64,000 nt of DNA from NCBI GenBank assembly GCA_046563655.1, contig CM102284.1, forward strand, positions 62,001-126,000, given 5' to 3'. The translations under genes and the position numbers were made by a program. Shown here in pieces: positions 27,301-38,129 of this stretch (position 1 is its first letter; each line of letters starts with the position of its first letter). The notes under the pieces were generated by a model. It did not search any database and had not been told where the DNA came from. It saw only the letters and a program-made list of their open reading frames with translations. This stretch comes from Yuukianura sp. NJ FZ-2021 (lineage: Eukaryota).

Positions 27301-27337
27301 TGCTCTGTCTAACTCAATTATTGAGTTAGACAGAGCA
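27301..27337. repeat. Perfect 37-bp palindrome (18-bp arms, 1-nt centre)
   Basis: TGCTCTGTCTAACTCAAT-T-ATTGAGTTAGACAGAGCA, directly abutting the 45-bp array. Confidence 0.95.
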
Positions 27338-28053
27338 ATTTCAGCTGAGATCGGGGATGTCGATTCACTAGGGTAATTGCCGATTTCAGCTGAGATCGGG
27401 GATGGCGATTCACTAGGGTAATTGCCGATTTCAGCTGAGATCGGGGATGGCGATTCACTAGGGTAATTGCCGATTTCAGCTGAGATCGGGGATGGCGATT
27501 CACTAGGGTAATTGCCGATTTCAGCTGAGATCGGGGATGGCGATTCACTAGGGTAATTGCCGATTTCAGCTGAGATCGGGGATGGCGATTCACTAGGGTA
27601 ATTGTCGATTTCAGCTGAGATCGGGAGTGGCGATTCACTAGGGTAATTGTCGATTTCAGCTGAGATCGGGGGTGGTGATTCGCTAGGGTAATTGTCGATT
27701 TCAGCAGAGATCGGGGTTGGCGATTCGCTAGGGTAATTGTCGATTTCAGCTGAGATCGGGGTTGGCAATTCGCTAGGGTAATTGTCGATTTCAGCTGAGA
27801 TCGGGGTTGGCGATTCGCTAGGGTAATTGTCGATTTCAGCTGAGATCGGGGTTGGCAATTCGCTAGGGTAATTGTCGATTTCAGCTGAGATCGGGGTTGG
27901 CGATTCGCTAGGGTAATTGTCGATTTCAGCTGAGATCGGGGTTGGCGATTCGCTAGGGTAATTGTCGATTTCAGCTGAGATCGGGTTTGGCGATTCGCTA
28001 GGGTAATTGTCGATTTCAGCTGAAATCGCGGTTGGCGATTCGCTAGGGTAATT
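27338..28053. repeat. 45-bp minisatellite, 16 copies
   Basis: Same unit as 16131-16447; gives rise to the NYPSESPxPISAEID repeat ORF. Confidence 0.97.
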
Positions 28054-28364
28054 ATGCCGTTGAGACGAAGAAGCATCTATATCGTTGCCAAACAAAACAA
28101 GGCAGGGCGATGCTCAAGGGTTGAGCATAGGTCTTCTGGAGGGAGTTGGCAATTGATACGGTTTTTACACCGGCTGTCCGCAAACGCAAGAAAAACGTTA
28201 AGAAACTGTTTTCACGAGATTTATGCAACGAAACGTGGCTCATAATTTTCAGTGGAGATATGGGGCCTTTTTGTGCACAATTGCACCAAAATGCGAAAAA
28301 ACCGTTTGCATGAAAATGTTGTTCAAGGTTAGCTCAGATTTCACTCTGTTCAAATTTTTCAAAA

Positions 28365-30058
28365 AGTTAAAAATTTACTATGAAAATCACTCTTTCTAAT
28401 CAACTAATTTCCAAATTCCAAAAAGTTAAAAGTTTAGTAGGAAAATCACTCTTTCTAATCAACTAAATTCCTAATTCCAAAAAGTTAAAAGTTTAGTAGG
28501 AAAATCACTCTGTCTAATCAACTAATTTCCAAATTGCAAAACGTTAAAAGTTTAGTAGGAAAATCACTCTTTCTAATCAACTAATTTCCAAATTCCAAAA
28601 AGTTAAAAGTTTAGTAGGAAAATCACTCTTTCTAATCAACTAAATTCCAAATTCCAAAAAGTTAAAAGTTTAGTAGAAAAATCACTCTTTCTAATCAACT
28701 AAATTCCAAATTCCAAAAAGTTAAAAGTTTAGTAGGAAAATCACTCTGTCTAATCAACTAATTTCCAAATTCCAAAACGTTAAAAGTTTAGTAGGAAAAT
28801 CACTCCTTCTAATCAACTAATTTCCAAATTCCAAAACGTTAAAACTTTAGTAGGAAAATCACTCTTTCTAATCAACTAAATTCCAAATTCCAAAAAGTGA
28901 AAAGTTTAGTAGGAAAATCACTCTTTCTAATCAACTAAATTCCAAATTCCACAACGTTAAAAGTTTAGTAGGAAAATCACTCTTTCTAATCAACTAATTT
29001 CCAAATTCCAAAACGTTAAAAGTTTAGTAGGAAAATCACTCTTTCTAATCAACTAAATTCCAAATTCCAAAAAGTTAAAACTTTAGTAGGAAAATCACTC
29101 TTTGTAATCAACTAAATTCCAAATTCCAAAACGTTAAAAGTTTAGTAGGAAAATCACTCTTTCTAATCAACTAATTTCCAAATTCCAAAAAGTTAAAAGT
29201 TTAGTAGGAAAATCACTCTTTCTAATCAACTAATTTCCAAATTCCAAAACGTTAAAAGTTTAGTAGGAAAATCACTCTTTCTAATCAACTAAATTCCAAA
29301 TTCCAAAAAGTTAAAACTTTAGTAGGAAAATCACTCTTTGTAATCAACTAAATTCCAAATTCCAAAACGTTAAAAGTTTAGTAGGAAAATCACTCTTTCT
29401 AATCAACTAATTTCCAAATTCCAAAAAGTTAAAAGTTTAGTAGGAAAATCACTCTTTCTAATCAACTAATTTCCAAATTCCAAAAAGTTAAAAGTTTAGT
29501 AGGAAAATCACTCTGTCTACTCAACTAATTTCCAAATTCCAAAAAGTTAAAAGTTTAGTAGGAAAATCACTCTTTCTAATCAACTAATTTCCAAATTCCA
29601 AAACGTTAAAAGTTTAGTAGGAAAATCACTCTTTCTAATCAACTAATTTCCAAATTCCAAAACGTTAAAAGTTTAGTAGGAAAATCACTCTGTCTAATCA
29701 ACTAATTTCCAAATTCCAAAACGTTAAAAGTTTAGTAGGAAAATCACTCTTTCTAATCAACTAAATTCCAAATTCCACAACGTTAAAAATTTAGTAGGAA
29801 AATCACTCTTTCTAATCAACTAATTTCCAAATTCCAAAACGTTAAAAGTTTAGTAGGAAAATCACTCTTTCTAATCAACTAAATTCCAAAAAGTTAAAAG
29901 TTTAGTAGGAAAATCACTCTTTTTAATCAACATAATTCCAAATTTCAAAAAGTTAAAAATTTAGTAGGAAAATCCCTCTTTTTAAATAACATGCTTCCAA
30001 ATTTCAAAAAGTTAAAAATTTACTCTGAAAATCACTCTTTTTAAATAACACAATTCCA
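28365..30058. repeat. 59-bp AT-rich satellite, ~29 copies, inside the Sola element
   Basis: Unit AAAATCACTCTTTCTAATCAACTAATTTCCAAATTCCAAAAAGTTAAAAGTTTAGTAGG; starts at 28383, 28442, 28501, 28560 and onward; edges degenerate. Confidence 0.97.
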
Positions 30059-30466
30059 GTGTATTCCAAAGTGTATTTTCAGAATCTACAAAGAATTTCA
30101 TAAATTCGAAAATATTAATATTAATAATAATACAAGGTAGGGCGATGCTCAATGGTTAAGCATTGGTCTTCTGGAGGGAGTTGGCAATTGATATGGCTTC
30201 TAGTCCGCAAACACGTTCGAGAAAAACGTTAAGAAACCGTTTTCACGAGATTTATAAAACGAAACGCCGCTCATAATTTTCAGTGCAGATGTGCGTCTCC
30301 AGAAGACTAAAATTATTGTTTAATATTTTCAGACAAAACAAAAATACACGATATGGGAATATATTGTCGGTCTGTCTGTCTGATTTTGGGAAAACGGAAG
30401 AGAAATTCAAAGTAAATACACTTGAACTTCTTTATTTCGAACTAACTTAAGAGAGATTTGACACTA

Positions 30467-32463
30467 TTAAAGATTCCGATAATAGGAAGCATGCTGGGGA
30501 CTTAAATACTGTAATAACTTAGAAATATCGTCTACTTTCGCTTGGGCTAACGGCAAAGTGTTATTGTAGGCGTCACGGAGCCGGCTTGCATTGAAATTTC
30601 GGAGTCTCCCTCTACCCACAAGAGTGATTGTATGGCGCTCCCATACTCCCTAAATAAATTAAAAAATGTTAAATTTAAAAGGTACTAATGCATGCGCTTG
30701 CAAGTGTTTTAAATTACCATTCCGTGAGACCTTCTTGAAAAAATTTTATCCAGGTTATCGACATCGTAGTGAAACCAAAGGGATTTTGTGACCTGTAGCG
30801 TACTTGGGCGTCGATACAAACTGCTTTGATACATAAAATCCTTGAACATCGTTTGACGCATTTCCACATATTCAAAAGGATTTTCATTTCGGGAATTCTC
30901 CACCACCAACTTGATGTCGGAAGGAACCAACACTGTTGACCTTCGAAGCACTTTTTCCATGAGACCAAAGTCCCTGTCACAATGGTTGTAGGAGTGACCC
31001 GTTACGAAAAGTTTCTGATTGACTTTTGTAAAATAGTTTGAGCGAACTAGCAAAGTCAGTGCTGTCAACAGCATGAAGTTGTTATTTTGTCCAGTACACC
31101 GGTCATTCCAAATCACGAGCTCCCTCTGTTCCCCTTGTCGTAAAACTCGAAATCGTGTAGTACAGTAGTTCCAAAGGCAACTCGCAACTTCATTTGAACC
31201 CCCTGTGCGCAATGGATTCATTCCAATTGTGCATTGTTCCAGTATTGTCGGATGAGTTATGGAGTCCAAAGTTGTAATTTGACAGCTTCCTTAAGTAGAA
31301 CGCGCTACTATTCTTCACATTAGGTGTAAATATTACTTGCTGAAGATCCCCTGTCAATACAATGTATGTTGGATCTGTTCTGGCTTTTTCGCAATCAAAT
31401 TTATACGAATTGTATGCTTCCTGGGCTAAAAATTAATAAAAAAAAAAAAAGATCATTCACAAAAACGGAGATTTGTTAAAAAAAATTTTTTGTTATACCT
31501 TCTGCATGATGATCGCTTTGAAGTTGGGAAGTCTCGTTCGGTAAGGTCAGTGCACTCCATGCCAAAGTTGAATTTAACTTGTCACAGAGATCGCAAGTAT
31601 CCAACTTTGGCGATCCGAATGTCAAACCACATTGTTTGAGCATTCCTCTGTAGTAATGTTCTTCAACTTCAAACGGAACGGCTTGTGCTCGACATTTTTC
31701 TATGTATAAGTTGTACATTATTCCCACGTTCAGCGTTGGGTCGAGATACTGGCGAGTGGGATGACCATTTGCTCTAGAGTAATGACTTTGGTAGGTTGGA
31801 AACATTTTGATATGATCAAGCACAGCGTCTTTTTTAGCAGCGGTTATTTTTTGAGGGCGATTTTCATGCCTACATCGTCCATCCTTTAGGCATAGGTCAC
31901 CAGAGATCATTTTCATTGTGACGGTGTGCAATATCTTTAAACCAATTTTAAAATTCAGGAATGTTCAGATTATAAAATGTTTGTTAAATAATTACCTGTT
32001 TTTTTCAACTGGAAGAGATGCATGAAACCAATCTTACACATTGCAAGTTTAATGCCATCTTGAAACACGCCATAGTTATACACATGTTCTTTTTTGGAGG
32101 ATTTTGCGGTACTTTCCTTTCTTTTGGGGTGGTCACCTCAATGCATCTTGCGAAAAATGCGTATTTTTTGTCACTTGAGTCCAATGAGATCCAATACTGT
32201 TTACAAAGTTCATGTTTTGTCGCCAGTGGAAGAAGACATAGACAACCCTGCTTCTGGCATGGACCACAGATTTTAGCATTCTGTGGCGGAAGAATTCCCG
32301 GTTGGAAAATACCGCTTCTGGAACCGTAAGGATTTCCGTTAGCCCGATTTCGTTTTGCTAATTTGTCCTTGTGTTCCAATGAGTTAAACTTCCGTTTGCG
32401 TTGGAAGTTAGCCCGGTTAATGTCGGCCTCCTCCGTGAGCACTTTCACTTTTTTTAAATCCAT
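30467..32463 (-). pseudogene. Sola1-like DDD transposase, 4 exons, frameshifted
   Basis: Motifs FPTYQSHYSR, PKLDTCDLCD, LTGDLQQVIFTP, FYLRKLSNYNFG, WNESIAHRGSNEVASC, WNDRCTGQNNN, GHSYNHCDRDFG, C-terminal LPLAQAKVDDISKLLQYLSP..YYRNL*. Frame breaks at homopolymers near 32090, 32000 and 31200. Confidence 0.85.
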
Positions 32464-33026
32464 GATTCGAAAACGATAGACGAAAATTTGAACCAACGCA
32501 TTTGAAACAAAATTGCTTCTTGATACTTTGAAAACCCCGTTTCTACTCGTAAACAACATCATTTAGCGAAATAATTCGCCTTAGAAACGATATAGCCGTT
32601 TCTTCGTCTCAACGGCACAATTTGTGTCATCACATTGGTTTACTTCTCCGCAAACTTGCATTTTCACTTTACTCTCACATTTTAATTTTTGGAATTTGTT
32701 GTTCCGTTGCCATGGACACCACGGTGCTAATTTTGTAATTAATTGTTGTAAACAACTAATTCAAAATTGTTCAAGGCTATAAGAGGTGCATGGCGTCTGT
32801 TTTGTGGTTCCATCTAGCGACAAACTGAAACCCGCCAAATCACAAAATACAAATTCAAATCTCAACTTCCCGCTTCAGGAATTCGCGATTTTCCTTCGTC
32901 TTTGTTCTTCCTCTTCTTTTTTCAGTAAGTTCCTTCCATTTTTAGCAGTTATACTCAAAATTGGTTAGATTAATTGCTAAATTGACTGTTCAAATTAATT
33001 AGAATCGAAGTAGTGAAGGAGTAATT

Positions 33027-36000
33027 ATGTCAGAGTCAAACACTGTCGTGACAACAGAAGCGGTAAGCGGGAAAACGAGCAAGGCCGAATCTGTGAACAT
33101 CCAGGAACAAAACGGTAACGAAATCACCAGTGACCAGACATCCACTCTACCAAGGTCAGTCTTCAGTACAAACTTATCCAGTCATTGTATATCTTAACAT
33201 ACTAAAGTGAAAGGTCAACTCAGGTCATTTGTGTCTGGCCCTGGCGAGGTCAATCAACTGGAAGAGCAAGCATTGACGATGGAGATCACGTCAGCATCCT
33301 CTGCCATCCGAAATGAGTTGGACTTGGATATGAATGGGAACCCTCGTGTGGCCAGTAGTCAGCAGCCCAAGTTGACGAACGATGAATTCGTCAAGTGGAT
33401 GAATCGTGAACTGCACTACTTGGAGCCTGGGCCACCCAAAGTCAGTTCTGCCGTGACTGCAAGAATTGACACCGAGGTCACCGAGTCTCCTTCGTCAACG
33501 TTTCAAGTCACGCTCAGAAGTCCAGGAACCACAATTGGTAAGAACTTGTATAGAGTTATCTAGCTGTAAGGCATTCCATATTAAGCATTGACTTTTACTA
33601 CCTTGTTTTGTTTATGTTTAGCAGCATCAGGAGTCATTAGGCTATTGACCAAAAAGTGGTTTAGTTTGAGTCTTAATTTATTGAATCAAGTCAAATTAGT
33701 TGGTGCTGTGGAGCTCAACTGAAATGCGGACGGAGTATTAATTAGTTTTAATTGGTGGTGACAGGAGAGTTGAAATGCTGTGTCAATCGAACAGTCTGAA
33801 CTGAGACAAGTCCAGCAACTTCATTCCACTCCCTCTTCATTTCCATAACGAACAACGCCAACCTCAGGCCATTGCATCTTATAAAAAGTAATTCTAAAAG
33901 CTAGGTTGAACGCTCGGGTGTAAAGACAAGTCACAATCAGTTCAATTCTCAGTTGTCACTTGACCACTGAGCATTCTAAACTGTTAGTTTAACAACCTGA
34001 CTTTAGTTATCTTATAATCTTGTGGATTTGTTTATTGTTGTCATTACTTTGGATTTTGTGTAGGTTTACAAGGAAAGGCTACCGTAATCTCATCTATTGT
34101 CACACCACAAAGAATAAGGATTTCAAGGGAACTGTGGGGTGCGCTGGTTTCACATAACTTTTTGCATTCAGAAAAGATCGATCTTTCCTTCGGCACAAAA
34201 GGCACCACACCCACCGTCTCACTTTTTAGTCGGTACTCCTCCCGAACCGAATCGGTTTACGCCTAAACACTTTCTATCTTTTTGCAGTGTGGTTTGTGGT
34301 AAACAAAACAAACACAAAGAGTTAGTCTGTCAATCCGGTGATTACTAGATTGTGATTGGTAAAAGAGTGACTCATTTACCTGTGAGTGCCAACTATGGAA
34401 CCCACAATGTCCACTGACACTTCCCCTGTCACTCGCTCTGACGGCACTGACAAAGGTCAGGGAGGTCATGGCGCCACGACACAAGTCGTCGGAACTATAA
34501 CGCTCATGGACGAACCCAATCCACTAAACACTTTGGTTGATACGAATGTCGTCGAGCAGGTCAAAAATCTAGGTAACCAATTGATGATTGCCCTCTTGAG
34601 CCTATCTCATCTCAGTTTAACTCTTACAGTTCTATTTGTAGTTTAATTTGTAAGTAGTTTTGCATAAGTTAACTTAATTATAGTTAATTTGAATTTTGAA
34701 AGTTATGAATGAAGTTATCTAATTGTGGTTTTTGTTTTTTGTTTAGATGTTACCGGTGGGTGCAAAACTCCATCGTCGACTGGTACTCCGCCGCCACCTG
34801 AATTCCTGTCTGAATCAATGGCACCAAAGGATGGAGATACTGACAGCACTGTGAGCGTTCCCACTGGAAACACTTCCAATGCCGAGGAGAGTCAGGGTCC
34901 GCCAGTCATGGAAACGAGTCAACCTGTTGAAACCAAGCCACCAACAACGGAGCCACCAGTTGAAAAGAAGCCACCAACTGACCCACCAGTGGAAAAGAAG
35001 CCACCAACTGAGCCACCAGTGGAAAAGAAGCCACCAACTGAGTCACCAGTGGAAAAGAAGCCACCAACTGAGCCAGCAGTGGAACAGAAGCCACCATCCG
35101 ATCCAAAGCAACCAACTGCTGCGGCTGTGAAGGTTCCAGTTGTTTCCAAGGCAGCATCCACTGAAAAGGTTCCTCCGCCAGTGAACGGGACGAATGGAAC
35201 TGCGAAGGGGACTGGACGTGGAGCTGCCAGCAGCAAAACTGGTTCTTCTGGTGCTGTCAACAAGAAACCCGCAACTGTCACTGCTCCACAGTCAACCACA
35301 CCTACAAAAGGTATTCCTATCAACTAATTCCACTTAAACTATTTTATAATGACTAATTCAACATCATTCATCCCGTACATCTAACGTTTTTGTTCTGCTT
35401 ACTTTTGAGTAGGTGTTGGAAGTCCTGCTCGATCATCTCGTCGTGCATCTGCCCCTCAAACACCGACCACACCCAGTGATGATGCCAATACCAACAAGAG
35501 TAAGTTACTAAACCACTAATTGTAATTAAGTAATTGATTGTTCCATTGACAAACAACGTAAGATTGACAAAAGTAAGTTCTGCTAACACTTTTGTGTTTC
35601 ACTTCCAGAGGTCCCGATGAACAAGGTGAAGGTGGGAACTGCTCCTTCTCCAAACATCAAAGAAGTGAAGTCGAAGGTTGGATCTCTGGCTAATCCCACT
35701 GCTCCTGCTGCGGGAGTCAAGAAACAGACTTCGAGTACTGTCAAGATTCCAGAGCAGAAGTTGAACTGGAACGCCACGTCCAAAGTGGGCTCATTCAATA
35801 CCACTTACGTACGCAAGGGAGGAGATGTCAAAGTCAAGGTAACTCACCACTTTCAAATAGTAATTACAAATTGATGTTAACACCGTTCTTAAGCAGGTAG
35901 ACCCACCGAAGAAGGTGGAGGTCAAGGAGGTCACATCCAAGGTAAGTTAATCTAAAAACTAAAACAGAAAATATTCAAAAATGAAATGAAAAGTGAATGA

Positions 36001-36288
36001 ATTTGTGTTGAAATTGAGTAATTGATTGAAAAGGTGGGATCATGGAATGTTTCTTACAAGCCTGGCGGTGGGGAGAAGAAGATCTTCGATGACAAGCAGT
36101 ACTTGAAGAAGACGCAGTCCAATTCATCCAGTGAGCACGTCGTGTCAGACCCCAACACCCCACCACCTCGAGCCACCTCGTCAGCCACCAATACGAATGG
36201 AAACGTAGATGGAGTGGCAACGGATAAGGAGATTCCTGGAGCCAATTCACAGCCACCAGTTCCGGAACAGAAATTGATCGATGCCTAA
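33027..36288 (+). CDS. tau: Tau/MAP2-family microtubule-associated protein
   Basis: Pro-rich region followed by tubulin-binding repeats VKSKVGSLAN, ATSKVGSFNTTYVRKGGDVK and VTSK|VGSWNVSYKPGGGEKKIFDDKQYLK. Splice phases are compatible from ATG 33027 and from an alternative ATG near 34396. Confidence 0.88.
34936..35100 (+). repeat. Coding 30-bp repeat (KKPPTEPPVE), ~5 copies, in the tau-like gene
   Basis: AAGCCACCAACTGAGCCACCAGTGGAAAAG units, in frame with the ORF. Confidence 0.9.
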
Positions 36289-36757
36289 ATTAAGCACGAC
36301 CCAAGCTTTATACTTTCACGAAACTTAAGCAGCGAATTGTGAGCAGCATCTCAAACCTACCAAATTTCATTTATTCTTTGCGTGGTCTCCACTATTGCCA
36401 GTACTATTGCCTGCTTTAAACATGAAATGTCTGCTTTCTCTACTCCGTCTCCCTACATTCTTACCTGTTTAGCCTCCTTTTTGTCTACTCAATTGTGTTT
36501 GCGACTTGCTTTCTTAGGAGGAGGGAATCACTTAATTTGTGTCAATTGCATCTAATTAGTAATGGGAAATTAACTACCTGTCTTTTTAGTATTAAGTAAG
36601 AGAGTGGATGGACTGAATTGCGATACAAATAAATCACTTTGCCTTTTCTCAATGTTCAGATCCAGAGTCGCTGGATCGTCCGACGTTTCCGAGGATTAGT
36701 GCGATGACCTGGTGCAGTAGTCGGCGCTTTTTCTCCAGCTCAGCTGCTTCAGGAGTA

Positions 36758-36962
36758 AGAGGACATTCTAGGTTGGAAAATGTGCAAAATACAAAACTGG
36801 AAGATTACCATTACGAGGGTAGGTCAAAATTAAACCAAAATGGCGAATGGGGGAATTTTGCAATGGCAATCGGACCTCGGAGTAAGGTAATTTTGCTATC
36901 CCCGTTTGTGCAATTGCCATTTGTTTTGTATTTTGCACATTTTCCAACTTAGAATGTCTTCG
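36758..36962. mobile_element. Tc1/mariner-type MITE, ~205 bp
   Basis: ~40-bp TIR xGAxGACATTCTAxGTTGGAAAATGTGCAAAATACAAAAC, flanked by TA at 36756-36757 and 36963-36964. Confidence 0.75.
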
Positions 36963-37300
36963 TATCATTACTATTGTTGAAGGATATTCACTTTTTTGTG
37001 CAGTGGATAATATGTTTTATCCGAAAGAAATGGTCTGAATTGGTGGATACAATGCATATTTCCGCGTTCACCACATTCAATTTGGGTGGAAGAATTATTT
37101 TATCCATCGGACATCACGGATGAGGTTGAAGTTGGAATATCATGAGAAGAGAGCAGGAGTGAAAGTGCCGATGAGTGGGTGGAGATGGGAGGTAAGTTTA
37201 TCATGTGTTTATCCGCTGGAATCTGAAAGTATTCACTTGGATATCACTTAATCAATTAATTGCTTGATTTTAAGCAGTTGAACTTTGAACTTTATCGAGA

Positions 37301-37928
37301 ATGGAGTCACTTGCCCATGTTGTCAAAGTGTCGCTTCCCAGATATCTCCAAGGACTCCCGATTCCGGAAACTTTCGGAGGAATTTTTCGTCTGTCACGTA
37401 AGTTTTTTTAACTAAAGTAATTAATTTGTGTTTTTACTTAGTTTTATTTTTGGACAGTTGGCGACTGGGTTTCATTGACTCCGTTTTTTGGGCTTATAGC
37501 TGGGACGACGTACTTGTCGCTTAGGACGTTCTTTCGAACCAGTCCATCGGAGGATGCATCGAGGTCAACTGAAGCAAAGGAAACAAAAGCGGGTCATGTG
37601 AATCAGAAAATCAAGAAAAACGAGTCAAAGGTTGTGGATTCTGTGGACATTGAAGACATTGGAGACAAGAAGGTTTTCTGTAGATGCTGGAAAAGTGACA
37701 AGTGAGTTACAACTAACCTAACCTAAGCTTCTTCTAACAATTGAGAAAGAAGTTTCTAATTTGGATTTTTATAAATAGGTTTCCGTATTGCGACGGCTCT
37801 CATAATCGCGTAAGTCTCTTTAATATTTTCCAAATTAACTAACTGACAAACTTGACAAATGACATTATTTTTTTTAGCACAACGAAGAAACTGGAGACAA
37901 CCTTGGTCCGCTCATAATCAAGAAATAA
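37301..37928 (+). CDS. CISD2: CDGSH iron-sulfur domain protein 2 (NEET family)
   Basis: MESLAHVVKVSLPRYLQGLPIPETFGGIFRLS|LGDWVSLTPFFG...KVVDSVDIEDIGDKKVFCRCWKSDK|FPYCDGSHNR|HNEETGDNLGPLIIKK*; 4 coding exons; AATAAA at ~37965. Confidence 0.97.
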
Positions 37929-38129
37929 ATTCGAATATTCTGTTCTGCAGTACTCGTGATTTCGAATAAACTTAGATTTGCAAAAAATATGGTAGAGCTC
38001 AAGTTTTCCATTTAGGAAGGCGGAGTGATTCGCTTCTAAATTAATCGATTAGTAATTAATCTGACTTTCAAATAATTTGTTGAATTTAACGTTAATTTAA
38101 TTCACGGCATATGTATGCTCTTTAGAAAA

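Larger units (their letters stand above)
28054..32618 (-). mobile_element. Sola1-type DNA transposon, 4565 bp
   Basis: ~33-bp imperfect TIRs ((A/G)TGCCGTTGAGACGAAGAAxCxxCTATATCGTT), 4-bp TSD AATT (28050-28053 and 32619-32622), internal DDD transposase gene. An AWWT target is characteristic of Sola1. Confidence 0.88.

Noticed and set aside
27298-28095. 265-aa and 252-aa repeat ORFs (NYPSESPxPISAEID / [15 protein letters not shown]), also 16233-16550
   Set aside because: By-products of a stop-free 45-bp unit. They are open in more than one frame, the same unit lies in an intron, and the starts fall inside a transposon TIR.
27338-30058. Possible CRISPR arrays (also 58040-59437)
   Set aside because: Head-to-tail repeats without unique spacers, no cas genes, eukaryotic context.
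36652-37107. Minus-strand reading frame MDKIILPP...TKK*ISFNNSND[MITE]TPEAAELEKKRRLLHQ
   Set aside because: Needs both MITE removal and stop read-through, is short, and has no recognisable homology, so it is insufficient to call a pseudogene.
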